From: Epiperipatus broadwayi
Lineage: Eukaryota > Animalia > Onychophora
Direction of reading: 5' to 3'
NCBI GenBank assembly: GCA_028023455.1
Contig: JAQFVV010000009.1
Span: forward strand, 15,376,001-15,440,000
DNA: 64,000 nt
Shown: piece after piece, positions 40,595-53,790 of the stretch
Layout of the letters: every line of letters starts with the position of its first letter
How positions within the stretch are numbered: the stretch's first letter is position 1
Made by a program: the position numbers and the translations under genes
Notes under the pieces: generated by a model
The model's input: the letters and a program-made list of their open reading frames with translations, nothing else
What the model was told of the DNA's origin: nothing
The model's database searches: none

Positions 40595-42404
40595 TAAGAG
40601 GTTGAATCAAAAATTATCTGTACTCTGGTTATAATAAAATTTCTGTTGGCTGCATTGTCTCATCATCACTTTCCATGAGGTCAGACTCCAGTGTTGAATG
40701 TGTTATATCAGTTCAAATGTGACTGCAATACAAGAAATAATAACAGTATGCAGTGATTTATTTTTTGAGGTCTGGGGGTGTGTCTGGTGCCAATATTTAT
40801 CAAAAAATTTGTACCAAGTATGGGGGAAATGTTTCATCATGAAGAATATATGATTAAATAGAAGAGTTCAAGGAAGATCACACAAATACCAGCTATGAAG
40901 AAAGAGCTGGACACCTGTTTATAACCATGACTGATGACAACATTGAATGTGCATGTGAACTGATTCTGTTGAATTGATAAGTCAAATGAATTATGTGAAA
41001 AATCATTTGCAAACTGGCCATAGCTCTGTCTATGCAGTAATCAATAAACTCATGGTTTCAAAAAGTTTGTGGGAAATGAATAATGAAACAATTCTTGGAA
41101 GAGCATTAAACAGAAACCCTCAGATATCTGCAAACAATATTTGATCCAATACTCTAAGAAATATTTTTAAAAAAATTTTAAATCATTGCTGGTAATGAAA
41201 CATGGATTCATTATTGTGAACTTGGGAATAAATGGTAGAATATGGAATGGGAACATTTTCAATCACTGACCATGAAAAAGTTCAAAAGTCAACCATTACC
41301 TGGAAAATTTATGCTTACAGTATTTTAGGATTCTCCAGGATCATTTATTACAACATTAACAGGAAAAAGATTCAACAACTAATAGTGCTCATACAGTAAG
41401 ATGCCAAATCAGACAAAATACAAGAGTGCTATCCAATGGGATTGTGTTGCATGATAATACATGTTTGCATACTACTGCTCATATTGTCAACACTCTCCAA
41501 AATTCTGGAGTATCCATCTTATAGTCCTGGTCTTATCCCCTATACCAGGGGTGTCTAACAAGTCGATCATGATCCATTGGTTGATCGCAAAGCCAATTTT
41601 GGTCGATCGCGAGGCCAATCTGGCAAGAGCTGTCGGGCAATGAATGAAAGAAATTAAGTCAAGATTTTCAAGTTTTTTTTGTTATTTTTGTTTTTGTTCT
41701 AATTTTTTTTTCAATTCTAGATAGGTAATAATTGAAAGTTTACAAGTTTTTCACATGTGCAATTATCTCTCAGACAGCCAATCAGATTTTAAACAGCTGC
41801 CTTAAGAGTGATCAGGCTTTGACACACGACAGGTGAAGTTCACTAAGTCATATCATTATTGAAAATAATACTTTTAATCTTGACTTAATGTAGCTAATTT
41901 GAATTAATAAATATTGATAATAATTACTCATATTGTTTAATTCCCCTGGACATGAGTTTTCTGGCCCATTAAATAATTATTTTTTACTAGGTAGATTTAT
42001 AAAAATAGTATGTATTTCATGCCTCCCTCTACTTAGAATATGCCTATAACAACAAGTTGGTCACCCATGACAACAAGTCGATCGGACCACATTTTAAAAA
42101 TAAAAAGTAGATCTTATGAACACAAAAGTTGGCCCCCCTGTCCTATACTATTACTAGTTTGGTCCCTTGAAAGAAGTCTTGTGAGAATGAAGATTCATGT
42201 CTAATGAAGAAGTGAAGACAATAGCATATTCGTGGCTTGCAGCTCAGTCTAAAACATTTTTAATGAGGGGATATGAAAAGTTTGTTGACAGATGAACAAA
42301 GTATATTGCAAAATAGGGAGATTATGTTAAAAAATGAAATAAATTGACTTTTCTGAAAGTTAATTAAATAAATTCTACAGCCAAAATGTGAACTCACCCT
42401 CATA
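40595..42404 (+). mobile_element. Mariner (DD34D-type) element, decayed, split by a hAT MITE
   Basis: Motifs are IIAGNETWIHY, KKFKSQP.PGKFMLTVF, VLHDNT, YPSYSPGL, FGPLKEVL and WLAAQSKTF...GDYVKK*. Ends are TAAGAGGTTGAATC / TGAACTCACCCTCATA. It is ~1.2 kb once the insert is removed. Confidence 0.87.
41546..42140. mobile_element. hAT MITE (595 bp) inserted in the mariner transposase
   Basis: Ends are CAGGGGTGTCTAAC / GTTGGCCCCCCTG. The 8-bp TSD is CCCTATAC / TCCTATAC, and the mariner frame resumes across it. Confidence 0.85.
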
Positions 42405-44924
42405 GATTTAGAAATTAGTAAGAATTTAAAAATAAAAGCATTTCATGACTATTTTTAGGCTTGACAAAATTTCTATCATCATCATATTTGTTCTTTTGGT
42501 CATTTTAAATCAAATTTTGATTTTCTAATCTATAGTAATATGTTACTATAATCACAAAAACATCATAAAAAACAGCTAAAGGTAAATATGCTTACAATAT
42601 TACAAATTTAACAATCAGTTAGGCATTGTATTATTTTACATTTTATCATCATAAACAGAATAAAGAAGGATGTAAGTTTGTTTTATTTTTATTGAAAGAG
42701 AGAGAGAGAAATAATCAAGCTAACACATTCATATATGTATGCACCTAGATTCTCTTTCAATTTATTACATTATTGCATTAAAATACATTTTTTGTTAATT
42801 ATTTATATTGGTGCTTTAATGGATATAATTTTTAAATTAATTTCTATCACAGATATTAATATACATGTTAAAATATCGGTACTATATAACTGTATGTGAT
42901 AAAACTACAAAAGGTTCACTCTTATGATTTTCAGTTCTCATATAAATGCTTATAACCATAGATTGGATACAACAATGAAACAATTCATCCAACAACTTTC
43001 TTTATTTTCATTATGTTATTTAAACTTATGACTTGAAAGTGCAGCACATTAAAAATTTTCAAAATGCTAAGATTTTGAATGCAATTATTTGTCTGGCTTT
43101 AAAAATCTGGTACTCGAATAATAGTTTATACCTAAATAGCAAAACTAAGGAAAGAATATGGTATTTTAGAAGGGTAAACATTTTAGGTAATTAGTTCAAA
43201 CAGTATGATAAAAATAAAGATGTTTGTTGGATGGATATGCTAATCCAATAATCCTCATTGCCAAAGGCCAGCAACCAAAAATTAATTTGGAATTTTGCTA
43301 GCACTATCATCTAGTAGTCATCAATTATTCATGGTTAATATAGATGGACTATAGAGCAGAAAAATGTAGTGATTTATCAGTAAGTGCAGCCAACTATGAA
43401 GATGCTATACTATTATAAAAAAAAGTATTTCATATATTCAATGTTATAGTAAGAATAAATTCAAAAGTATTAAAATCAATAATTAAATAATGCCATTATT
43501 TAATATTTAATATTTCAGTGCATATAGATGATTTAAAGATACAAAATGTTTATGAATACAAACAAGACTTATAGATTAGTGCTAACCATAAATAAATAAA
43601 AAAATTCCTATTCCTGCTCTTGTTTTTCCAAATCTAGTAAAATATATATCTGAATAACTTAGCAATTATAAAAAGCCAATGATAAATCAATTATTAATAA
43701 ATTTAAATAAATACTGTAAATTGCAAATCATTTATATTATACATAGACGTGCAAACAAACAAAAAATTAAAAGAAGCATAACATCTATAACAATGTAATA
43801 ATAACAACTGTAAATGCTAAGGATTTTATGATAGCCAATAAACTTACGATTGTTCATATATACAATTTCAATAAATTTTCCACAAAATGGAGGGCTACAT
43901 TTTTAATGAGATTTATCAAATATGAAATCTACTAAACATCAGAATATAATCTAAAAAATAGCACTATGAAATCTGATGCTAATAATGAAGTAATAGCTTT
44001 GTTATTATTAAATATGTAATCAGACATTGCTATAAACTGAATAAAATATTAAGAGATATCAAATAGCCAAAATTTACACATTTTTTTTATTCCAGAAAAT
44101 ATCTAAAGTTATTAAAATATCCATAACACTGCGCGCGCAAGTGTGTGTGTTTGTGTGTACATGTCTATAAATAATAAAATTTAAATATAATAGATATAAA
44201 TAAATTAAAAAAAAGGCACTAGATTTTGCTTATTTATATTATCATTTAAATGATATTTAATTTTTTAATAACATAAATCTTCTCTTCTGCCTATCTTTCC
44301 TGCCACGCTGGTCTTTATATTCTATATTTAATCATATAATTTGACTTATTAAAAATTTAGAAAAAAAAATCTGACAAGTGAAAAGAGAATGAAATAATGC
44401 TCCAATAATCATTAAGAATTCCATTAACTGATAGAATCGCTAAAGATGCTATAAACTACTATCATAAAACATAACCTTTGAGCTTCATAAACATTACAAC
44501 ACACAATAGTTGAGAGAAACTGAGAAAAGATAATTTATAAACATTAAATCTGAATTATTTAAAAAATAATAACAATACAATAATAGCAAAAAAAAAAATT
44601 CAAATCAAAGAAGATGGGGTTGGGAAATGTGTTTAATAGCTTTATTTTAAAATATATATCAGATATACTTAAATGTATGCTAAGTTCTTAGTCCTAGGCA
44701 GGTAAAAATAATTAGACAATTACGATTCTATAATCAAGCGATTAATACTTAATCAACAGTGGCAGCTTGTGATCTTTTTACCAGAAACACACTACCATCT
44801 TAATATTAGAACTGCGTCATAAGTTTTAAGAGCTTCCTACAGCATTATCATGCATACTCTGTCGATTGAAATTAATAAAATCCATTTTTAAAAGTGCATT
44901 TTTTTGCTAATAGTGATATTTTTA

Positions 44925-44955
44925 TTTTTCATATGTCATAGCTCCGGCGGGACGC
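44925..44955 (-). mobile_element. 5'-truncated copy (31 bp) of the tRNA SINE
   Basis: The minus strand GCGTCCCGCCGGAGCTATGACATATGAAAAA matches the SINE 3' end. The 10-bp TSD GATATTTTTA lies at 44915-44924 and 44956-44965. Confidence 0.8.
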
Positions 44956-46428
44956 GATATTTTTACTGCTTAATCATTTTAATAAGAATCAGATTTTTCA
45001 GAGTTACAAACCTGCTATCCTTAAATCCTACTTTCATTCACAAACAGGATATTAATGATAATACACACCATAATTATATATATATTTCAATTCTGGATTA
45101 GTCCATCAATGTTATATCCCAAAATCAAAATTACATACATACATAAGATCATCATACTATAGGCGATTCATCCGCCATGAAAGAGTGATCTAATTTTCAA
45201 TTTTAAAATGAACTTTAAATTTTTTTTCAGGTAATTAATAATTACTTTGCGAGCTTGGTGATTTTTTTTAAAAGACAGTTAGCCAGCCCTACACCCAATC
45301 AAAGCAACTATCCACTTATTCTATAGAGAACTACTAGAATTCTATCAAAATACCAGTTGAATAGTCTGGTTATATCTTTGTTCATTATTTTATGAAAACA
45401 TTTCTGAGAGATCTTTGTTCTGTAATATGCTATTCAAAACTATTATAGCTTATATATATATATAGTAGGTTGAAAGTTCTTAACACATTTTATAATAACA
45501 AAAAAAAATCTATACACAAAAGCAATATAAAGTTGGTTCATAAAATGTCCAATAAATTGCACTACTGAAAGAAGCTGTGATGAAATGCTTGTAACAGTAT
45601 TTCCATTTGAAATGTCTAAATATTGTCAAAAAAAGATAAAAATTTGTGCTGAATGTGTAAGAATATTAAGAAAGTTTAGAAGAAATGATAAAGAAATCAA
45701 ATGGAGTAATGAAAAGGCAATTTATGGAAATATAAAGTATAAGTTAAATGACGTTTGGATTTGGTTGATGATTGAGAGCACTGGTAAAAAGAAATGAGTA
45801 ATTAAATGACATTAGGAGCAGAATTAGAAAATATTATAAAAAGAAGCTACAAAAAAAAAGCATAAGAAGAGAAATGAAGTTAGATAGAAGGACAAAAATC
45901 TATTATTATTACTAGTGAAATTCTTTGATGAGAAGTGCTGGGAATAAAGACTATAGAAGAGATAAATAAAAATATAAGAATGTGTCTGTTTGGATCTAGT
46001 ATTATTGATATAAAAATGTATTGAAAGATTAAATGGTAATGATAAATAATTGAATGATTAATCATTGGGGAAAGGGCAAATACGATATTTGAGCACAAAG
46101 AATAACAGGTTAAACTTTCATCTTTTAGTTCCTTAGCTCAGCACTCTACCATAAGACCAAATTTTACAGGTTTATAATAAAAAATAATATTATTTGGTAA
46201 GAATGATGTGTAGAAAGAACAAAAAGTCATAAAATGATACAATAAAATATATAAAAAAGAGTGACTAAAGTAGTTTTAATATTTAGAGAAGAGAGTGAAA
46301 AATTTAGATTAAAAAAAAAAGTTAAGTAAAAGATTAAAAACAATGGTCAAGGTTATGACATTAAATCTATTGATGTATAAAAACATTTTGTGGAAACAAA
46401 ATAATTTATCTTAAGGAAAAATAAATTA

Positions 46429-47290
46429 CACCTAGGTCTCGTTTTATGCGATAGATAGGTTCCTCAGAAAACACGTGCAAACGAAATCGCGCAAAAATAG
46501 ACGTAACTTACATTGAAAAAGGGGGGATGCGGTCTGTGATTTTTCAAAATTCGTGTAAAAGCAAAGCACCAATGTAAAATTACTTTAAAATTCACGCAAA
46601 AAAAAAATAAGGAAATAAAATATGACTAATAAAAAATTTCAAATTTGAAAAAAATTGATACAAGACAAACTTTTTTTAAGTATAATATTTAATTTTGTCA
46701 AAATAATATATTTTTATGCATAATTTAAAGTACAGTAATTTACATTTTTTTATACATGTTTTAATTATTATGATTTTCTGGTGACAACGTAATTAATCTT
46801 TGAGACGATGATTTTATTAATTGTTTAAGAAGCTCGCGATATCCAGACATACAACCATTTAGCTCTCGTTGGAATTTAAGAGCACGTTAATGATTAGTAT
46901 CATTAATAAGAAAATAATAATTGATTACGTTCTTTTTTAAAAAGCAAAAACAGAATGTGATTTAAAATGCAAAATTAACACGCACAATGTTTGAACAAAT
47001 TTACATTATAATCATGTAAAATTTAATATGTGTATACATAAAATGTGGAAATCATGATTTTAATTTCATTATTGCATAAAATCTTACTATTATAAAGCAC
47101 TAAAAATATTGAAATTACTAAGATGAAAGTTGAATTCCGATAATGTGCTATTACTTTCAATATAACGTAAGTGTGCGAAATTTATTATTTAAAGTAATAG
47201 CACATTATCGGAAATTGACTTCCGGTGAAACACGAATCGCGTAACTTCAAAATCGTGTTAAATAAGTCCGCATAAAAAGAGACCCAGGTA
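46429..47290. mobile_element. Tc1/mariner-pogo-type MITE (~860 bp)
   Basis: 22-bp TIRs CACCTAGGTCTCGTTTTATGCG / CGCATAAAAAGAGACCCAGGTA, TA on both sides, and CpG-rich sequence suggesting a young copy. Confidence 0.85.
47135..47213. other. Perfect 23-bp-stem hairpin inside the MITE
   Basis: TTCCGATAATGTGCTATTACTTT (47135-47157) and AAAGTAATAGCACATTATCGGAA (47191-47213) flank a 33-nt loop. Confidence 0.9.
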
Positions 47291-47385
47291 TATACTCGAA
47301 AATAAGATAAAATACTAACAAATAATTTTTTGAATGTATATTATAGTTAAAACTGTTAAAAGTCAATTTAAAAATAGAGGACGGA

Positions 47386-47506
47386 GTCAAGCGTTGTTAG
47401 CCGAGAGATCATCGCAGTCACCTTGCAAGCAAGTAGTTGGTTGCAGACGGTTGTGAGTTCGCGTCCCAGCCGATGCTATGACACATGAAAAAAAAAAAAA
47501 TGAAAA
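47386..47506 (+). mobile_element. tRNA-derived SINE, full length, poly(A) tail
   Basis: Same family as 13520-13627. The 16-bp TSD AAAAATAGAGGACGGA lies at 47370-47385 and 47507-47522. Confidence 0.92.
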
Positions 47507-50500
47507 AAAAATAGAGGACGGATATAAAAAAAAAAAAAAAATTTGAAGCTATATAAAAGAAATGAACATATGAAAGACAAAGAGGGAAGTGATTGGATAA
47601 ACAGCAATATAAGAGAAAATATATAGGCAACTCTCTATTTGCATAAATATGGTTTAACTACAACTTACATGAACAATTCTCAACATTATATATATAGTGC
47701 AAAAAAATTTTTAAATGCTAATGTTAAAGTCAATTCAGTTCTTATTTTTCATATGCTGTATGAACACTTCTTGAGATATACTGTAGTTTTTATATCATTT
47801 GTTGAAAAATATCTACATATTTTACTCCATAGCTAATGCTACAAATGAATCAGAAGAAAAAATTCAATTTACAAAAAATCACAATGATTCAATTACATGA
47901 GTATATTAGTTATCACTTAAAGAAGATTTATGGAATACCGAAGGAGAAAAAATGGTTAGATATTAGGTAGTACATCGAACATATAATTTTAAAAAGAAAA
48001 TGCAGTTGATATAGATAGTAGAATTGTTTCAGATTTGAAGAGGTATCAATACTAGATGTATATATAGTTGGGAAAGAATAAATAGTATATAGAGGAAAGA
48101 AATGAGATGGAACAAGATTTATAATGTTGAGTTTTAATTATATAAAATCTTTAAATATATGTGTTATAACTTTGTAATAAAAATAGAATCGTAAATATAA
48201 TGAATAGTTATAGGAAAAAATCAGAAAATAAAAGGATAGCATATGGGAATATTTAATAAGAGGTATTATTAAATTTAGACAAAATAATAATTGTGCAGAT
48301 TTTAATGTCATGTATAAAAGAAATAGAAAGGATAAACAGCAAAAACAAAAAGGAGTAAGTTTTGCAAGGGGATGAAATTATAAAATATAATTACTATATA
48401 TGAGTCCCAATAAACATGATCAAGAACAGGATTGTATATATATATATTAACATTTTGATTGGTAAATAAGATATAAAAATGGATATTATTATTTTTATAA
48501 AAATAGGAATAGTGACCTTAATTTCATTATATTTAAAACTGAAGATAGAGAATTTCAAACATGAGGATTAAGAAGATTCATTAGGAAAATATGGACAATA
48601 TGATAATTAAAAAGAAAGAATAGTTGCTTATGGTTTTTGGTAATGAGAAATATATCAGATTGCAGAAATAGTTGGGAAGAGAATAAATGTATATTAGAAA
48701 AAGAATGAAGTAAAATAAATGGATATAACTAGTAATAAAGTTTAGGAAAAAAGCATGTCTCCAAAATTATTCTCTGCTTTGCTAGTTTTCCCTATAAATG
48801 TTCTGTTAATTGGTTTTCTACTTTTCATCTTTGCTTCTTTATTTCTCTATGCAAATACTTTCCACTTCTGATTTATATTTTCTCATTACTCTTTTTAAGT
48901 AATTCATTACTACTCTATAAAGTCTAGAATATTAGTAGAGTACTCTGGAGTTAAAGATTTCAGGATCACAGTTCAACTTGTTAATTGAAGAACTCACACA
49001 TGACTAACTTCCTGAGTAACTAATCATTTGTTTATTTTTACAGCTAATTTATATTCTTACATGTTTACATTCCGAAACAGCAAGGTATGCTAACTCCAAA
49101 TTTTGTTCTTCATTTTTATGACAGCAAGTTTTTGTCACAGTTGATAGACAGCTTCATGAAACAGACATCAAGATATGACAAAGGTTTTGATATAATAGGA
49201 AGTTTTTAGTTTAAACTGATTACAAAAAAACATCTCAAATTGTTATATCCTATATTTAGTGAAATCTGATGATTTGTGTTATTCCTGCCAATTAAAAAAA
49301 TGATCTATAGAATGTTCTTAATGTTTTTTGAATGCAAATTAAAAACTTGGATTAATGTATCAAAGATATATCAATTATATTGATGCCCTATCACTGAATA
49401 GTTGTAGTCATGAAAAAACTGAAAAACTTATTCCTCAATAGAAGTAGATGAAAAAATTGGTAGGTTAAATTATGAATTTGATTAGCAGTACAATATACAA
49501 TCAGAGTATAAAAAATCACCATTGTATTCCCTGGGTCTGCCTTATTAATGTTACAAATTTACAGGACCAAATCATTACTGGTTAAAAAATGGATTTATGT
49601 ATGCACGAATACCAAATTTTATATCATGGCTCAATAGCAACCTTGGGAAGGTTTTTTATAGATTGCATAAAACCAGTACAACAAATTAAAAGTATACATA
49701 AATATAAAGCTTGATGTATAATAATTTAAATATGGGTCAGAAAAATTTGTAGTCTTCATTTTTGTTCAGCTTATAATTTTATCATACAAAAAAAAAAAGA
49801 TGTATTTGTATCAGAGTTAAATAAGTAAATTAAAAAAAAAAAATATGCATTGTTTTTCATCTCTTGGTGAAGGTCTGTATTAATAATTTACAAGATACTT
49901 AATGTTCAAAAAAATTCAAAGGCTTCATTAGTCAGTATTGATATAAAAATCTTAAGTGACTTTGAGCTTGGATGATTATTAACTTGAAAATAAGAATCAG
50001 TTTTAAATTCATTAATAGTTTTTTTGATAAAAAGAGAGAGTTTAAAGTTGAAGTGCAACAAAGATTCCAACATGCTATTTTTTCATTTGATAAGTTCAAA
50101 GCTATTAGCAATAAATTATTTTAATTAAATTAATTGTATAGATGTATTTTTAAATATTTGGCAATTTTTTTGTATGGAAGGTTGATATTTTGTCAAATTT
50201 ATTGTATGAAAGCATAAAAGCATCTAAAAAATTTCATTCAATGATACTCCATCATATTCTAAAACTATAATGACAAAATCATAAGACCAATTTAGCGTTC
50301 TGTTGTTTTGCTTGCTAAATAAATGTGGGCACATCTCCATTGGACTGGACATGTGAAATGATAAATGGCAACAAACTTTCTATATATATATATATATTGA
50401 TAAATTAAGCATAAATTATATGGAAGAAGCAAACTCATATACCTTATGAAGGTTATCTCAAAGACATTCTAAAGATATGCAATATTGATTTGTTTATATT

Positions 50501-52379
50501 GGAAAAATATTGAAAAATTAGACAAGGAATTGACATTTTCTTCTGATGTTGTCAAGCAAATAGATTAAAGAACTATCATATGATATATATGGATTTATTT
50601 GGGTTTCATGGATTGGTTTGTTTAACTAAAATAAAGTAGCTTTTAATTAAACCTATGCAAAAAAAAAAAAGTCTCTTCAGCAGTCTCTCATAAAAACACT
50701 GTGAAGAACTTTCAATTGCAGAATGGCAAAGGTTTGAGCAGTTTCCCATTCTTAGTTTACCTCCCAACTAAAAATGGTTAGATACCCATTAATTGACCAA
50801 TATTGAAGTTAACGTGGTTGATTAGAAAGTTAGTTACCTAACAGAAAAATTCTGAGATTAAATAAAATCTAAAAAATTGTTCAAGTTCAATGTAGTTCAA
50901 ACCTGAGTCCTGGGGGTAGGTAAGATAAAATTCATCTTTAACTTTTTTATTTGCTATCTTTGTTTTACTACTGTTCTTCTAGAGTTAGAATTGCTATATT
51001 TATTTACAAGTAGATTTTAATGATATAAAATATATGGCTGGAGAAGAGGATTAAGCAAAAACTAATTAAAGAATTAACTGATGCTTCCATTATTTTTAAA
51101 AGTTTCACTAGCATACCTAGTAATTCATTCACTTCACTTTCTGGCGATTAATTGGTTAACAGCAAACAATTATATATTAACGTTAAATATTTGAAACGCT
51201 AAGCATAGTTTATATTTATTAATGTTACATTGATATTAATAAAAGTAGAAAGGTTATGTAAAATAATAATAATACATCTATAAATAATAAAAAAACATAT
51301 TAAAATATGCTTTAATATAAAGAGTAAAAAGTAATAAATTTTCATTCCTATTTTATTTTATACCCATTCTTTAAATATTACACATTTATTTAGCATTCGC
51401 TGCTCGCAGTAAAAGATCATTACACATTAAACAAAAAAAAAAAAAAAGGTAATCCATATGCATAAATATGCACGGATCATTTGCAACTGTGAAATAATTA
51501 ATGCAACGTTAATTACACTTTTAATTTTTATTCATAAATAATAAATGGTTCTTCTACCTTCACTTGAAGATAACTTGTTTTATTACTAGCCAGATTTTTA
51601 ACAACATAAATTATACTTTTACGACTTTAAAATAATAGAAATTTAGAACTAAATAACAGCTGGTTAATTTTTTTTTTATTATGCAAAAATTTTTAATGTG
51701 TTGTATGTTTATATATTAAATTAAAAATAAACGAGTCTGAGAATTTACATGAAATTCGAATACTGTAAGTTATCGAACTGGAGTCACAATTCACGAATTT
51801 TCAGCTCCAGAGTTCACCATTCTATCACTGCATTAAATCAGGTAGATCAATTTACATGTATTTGTGGAGTATTATTATGGAACAGACTTAATAGTTAAGT
51901 ATTTGCATATTGCATGTCATGCTTTCTGAAAAATAATATTGTCTTTAGTTTTTGATTGTTATTTGAGTGTGTGTGCGCGCGCGTATTAAAAAAGATGAAT
52001 TATTAAAGGAACTAGTTACAAACGTGAAAAATAAAGCAAAATCCCTAGTGCGTGATCATGGTATATCCATCTGAACAATTAACCATTTGATTTATTATCT
52101 ATTAATAATGACATTATATATACTGATATACTATTATTATACTAATAGTGATAATCATATGATGTTCATGCACCAAAATGATTAAATTGAATTATGAGTG
52201 AATGCAAAAAGTTTTATCTCTTAAATCGGCCACTTTATCATTGCACTAAACTTCAAAAGACCCAGGTAGATTCAATACACACGTCTATATTGTCAAATGA
52301 TTAACTTTGAAACCTATACTGGAATATTTCCTAAAACTGTAAGAATGGAGATCAAAAATCTCATAGAAAGCCTATGTAA

Positions 52380-53790
52380 ACCCTCTATTAACAGCTACTG
52401 AGAAACATCTTCCTGGGGTATTTGTCCCAGTGCTAGGGGAGGAAGTTCATCACATATCATATGGTGATGACATTACAGTCTTCCTCCCTCACATAAATAC
52501 TTGCCCAAACTATATAAACTCCCAATTACACTGAAAGATATGGGTAGAATAAACTGGGTGACAGCAATTTCTTCAAGATTCTCAAGGAAACCTCAAAACT
52601 TTCTTGGATTTCCCATGATGCTGTCCAGGTCGGCTATGAGAAGAGCACTGCAAAACAGCATTCTAGAAAAAACCAAAAAGGTTGCAAGTGCTCTCTCAGG
52701 GATCTACTTATCACTCCCGGGTAAGGCAGCACTAATTAACATGTTGGTGCTTCCATAAATTAATTACTTCATGCCACTTCGTAAACCAACCAGGTTCTTT
52801 GAGAATGCAATAAACTCAGTCTGCACTGGCATCTTGTGGAAGAGGAAAACAGTAACCATCAGTTTAAAAGATTCAGAGACCGAAAGACCCGAATGGACTT
52901 GGGTTGCATGATCTCAACACCTTTTTCATTTCAGAAATCCTAACAATGCTTAAGGCAATGAATGCAAGATTGCCAGTGGACTCATTACAGGATGAGATTA
53001 AACCTACTGACACACCTCCCCCATACAAAGTAAATGGGACATGGAGCTGCTAGCATATGCCAACAAATTCTTCAAAGTTACGGCATCAATTATTGACAAC
53101 ACTAACACTTACTGGCAAGTTTACAAATACATGCATGCAAACATTACTGAATTAACTACTGGGCTTGATTTATCTACCAAATTACTAATCAGGAAACTAA
53201 AATTTTGCTATTGGAAGCCAAACATATTGACTTTATCATAAAATTTAATTTGAAAGCCTTGCCAACGAATCATTTTTTGATAAATCATAGAAATTTCTCA
53301 AAAATAGAACCACTATGTAGCTTATGTAAAGTGATTGATGAAACTATTGAACATATTTTCACTGCTTGCCTATTTTTTGAGTCCTGCTAGACAAAATATC
53401 ATAACCAGAGTACTGCCAGCGAACATGAAAATTCTAAGAATCAGGGATGCTATAAAGAGTGGTGTCTTTGCTGCAATTAGAATGGGAATGTTCCTGCTTT
53501 ATGCCATAAGGTTAACTAGGCATTATTTTGTTTTTAAGCAAGGAAGTAAAGAACCATGGGAGGTGTGTAAAAAATTTATTCGAAGGACTATGTTCAGGGA
53601 TCACTTATTAACCTCATTTTTGCTAGTTATGGCTAAAAACATGATGGCTTCCAGTCGCTCTAAATCAGGCATTTTTAATACTACCGTTAAGATTTTGCAT
53701 TATTTTTAAAGGTTAAGAAAAGTTCTGTAAGATGCTGCCCTCTCTTGAATTATTTTACAAGTAAAAAATTAATAAAACTGACGTTGAAAG
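52380..53790 (+). mobile_element. 5'-truncated L1/Tx1-clade LINE (RT end, zinc knuckle), pseudogenised
   Basis: RT motif HISYGDD (52460-52471), LSLPGKAALINMLVLP, RPKDPNGLGLHDL (PKxxGGLG-like) and the C-terminal CCHC LCSLCKVIDETIEHIFTAC. Stops and frameshifts are present. Confidence 0.85.

Noticed and set aside
48900-50700. Coding-like degenerate stretch suspected to be a DNA transposase
   Set aside because: I could not assign catalytic motifs, TIRs or TSDs by eye.
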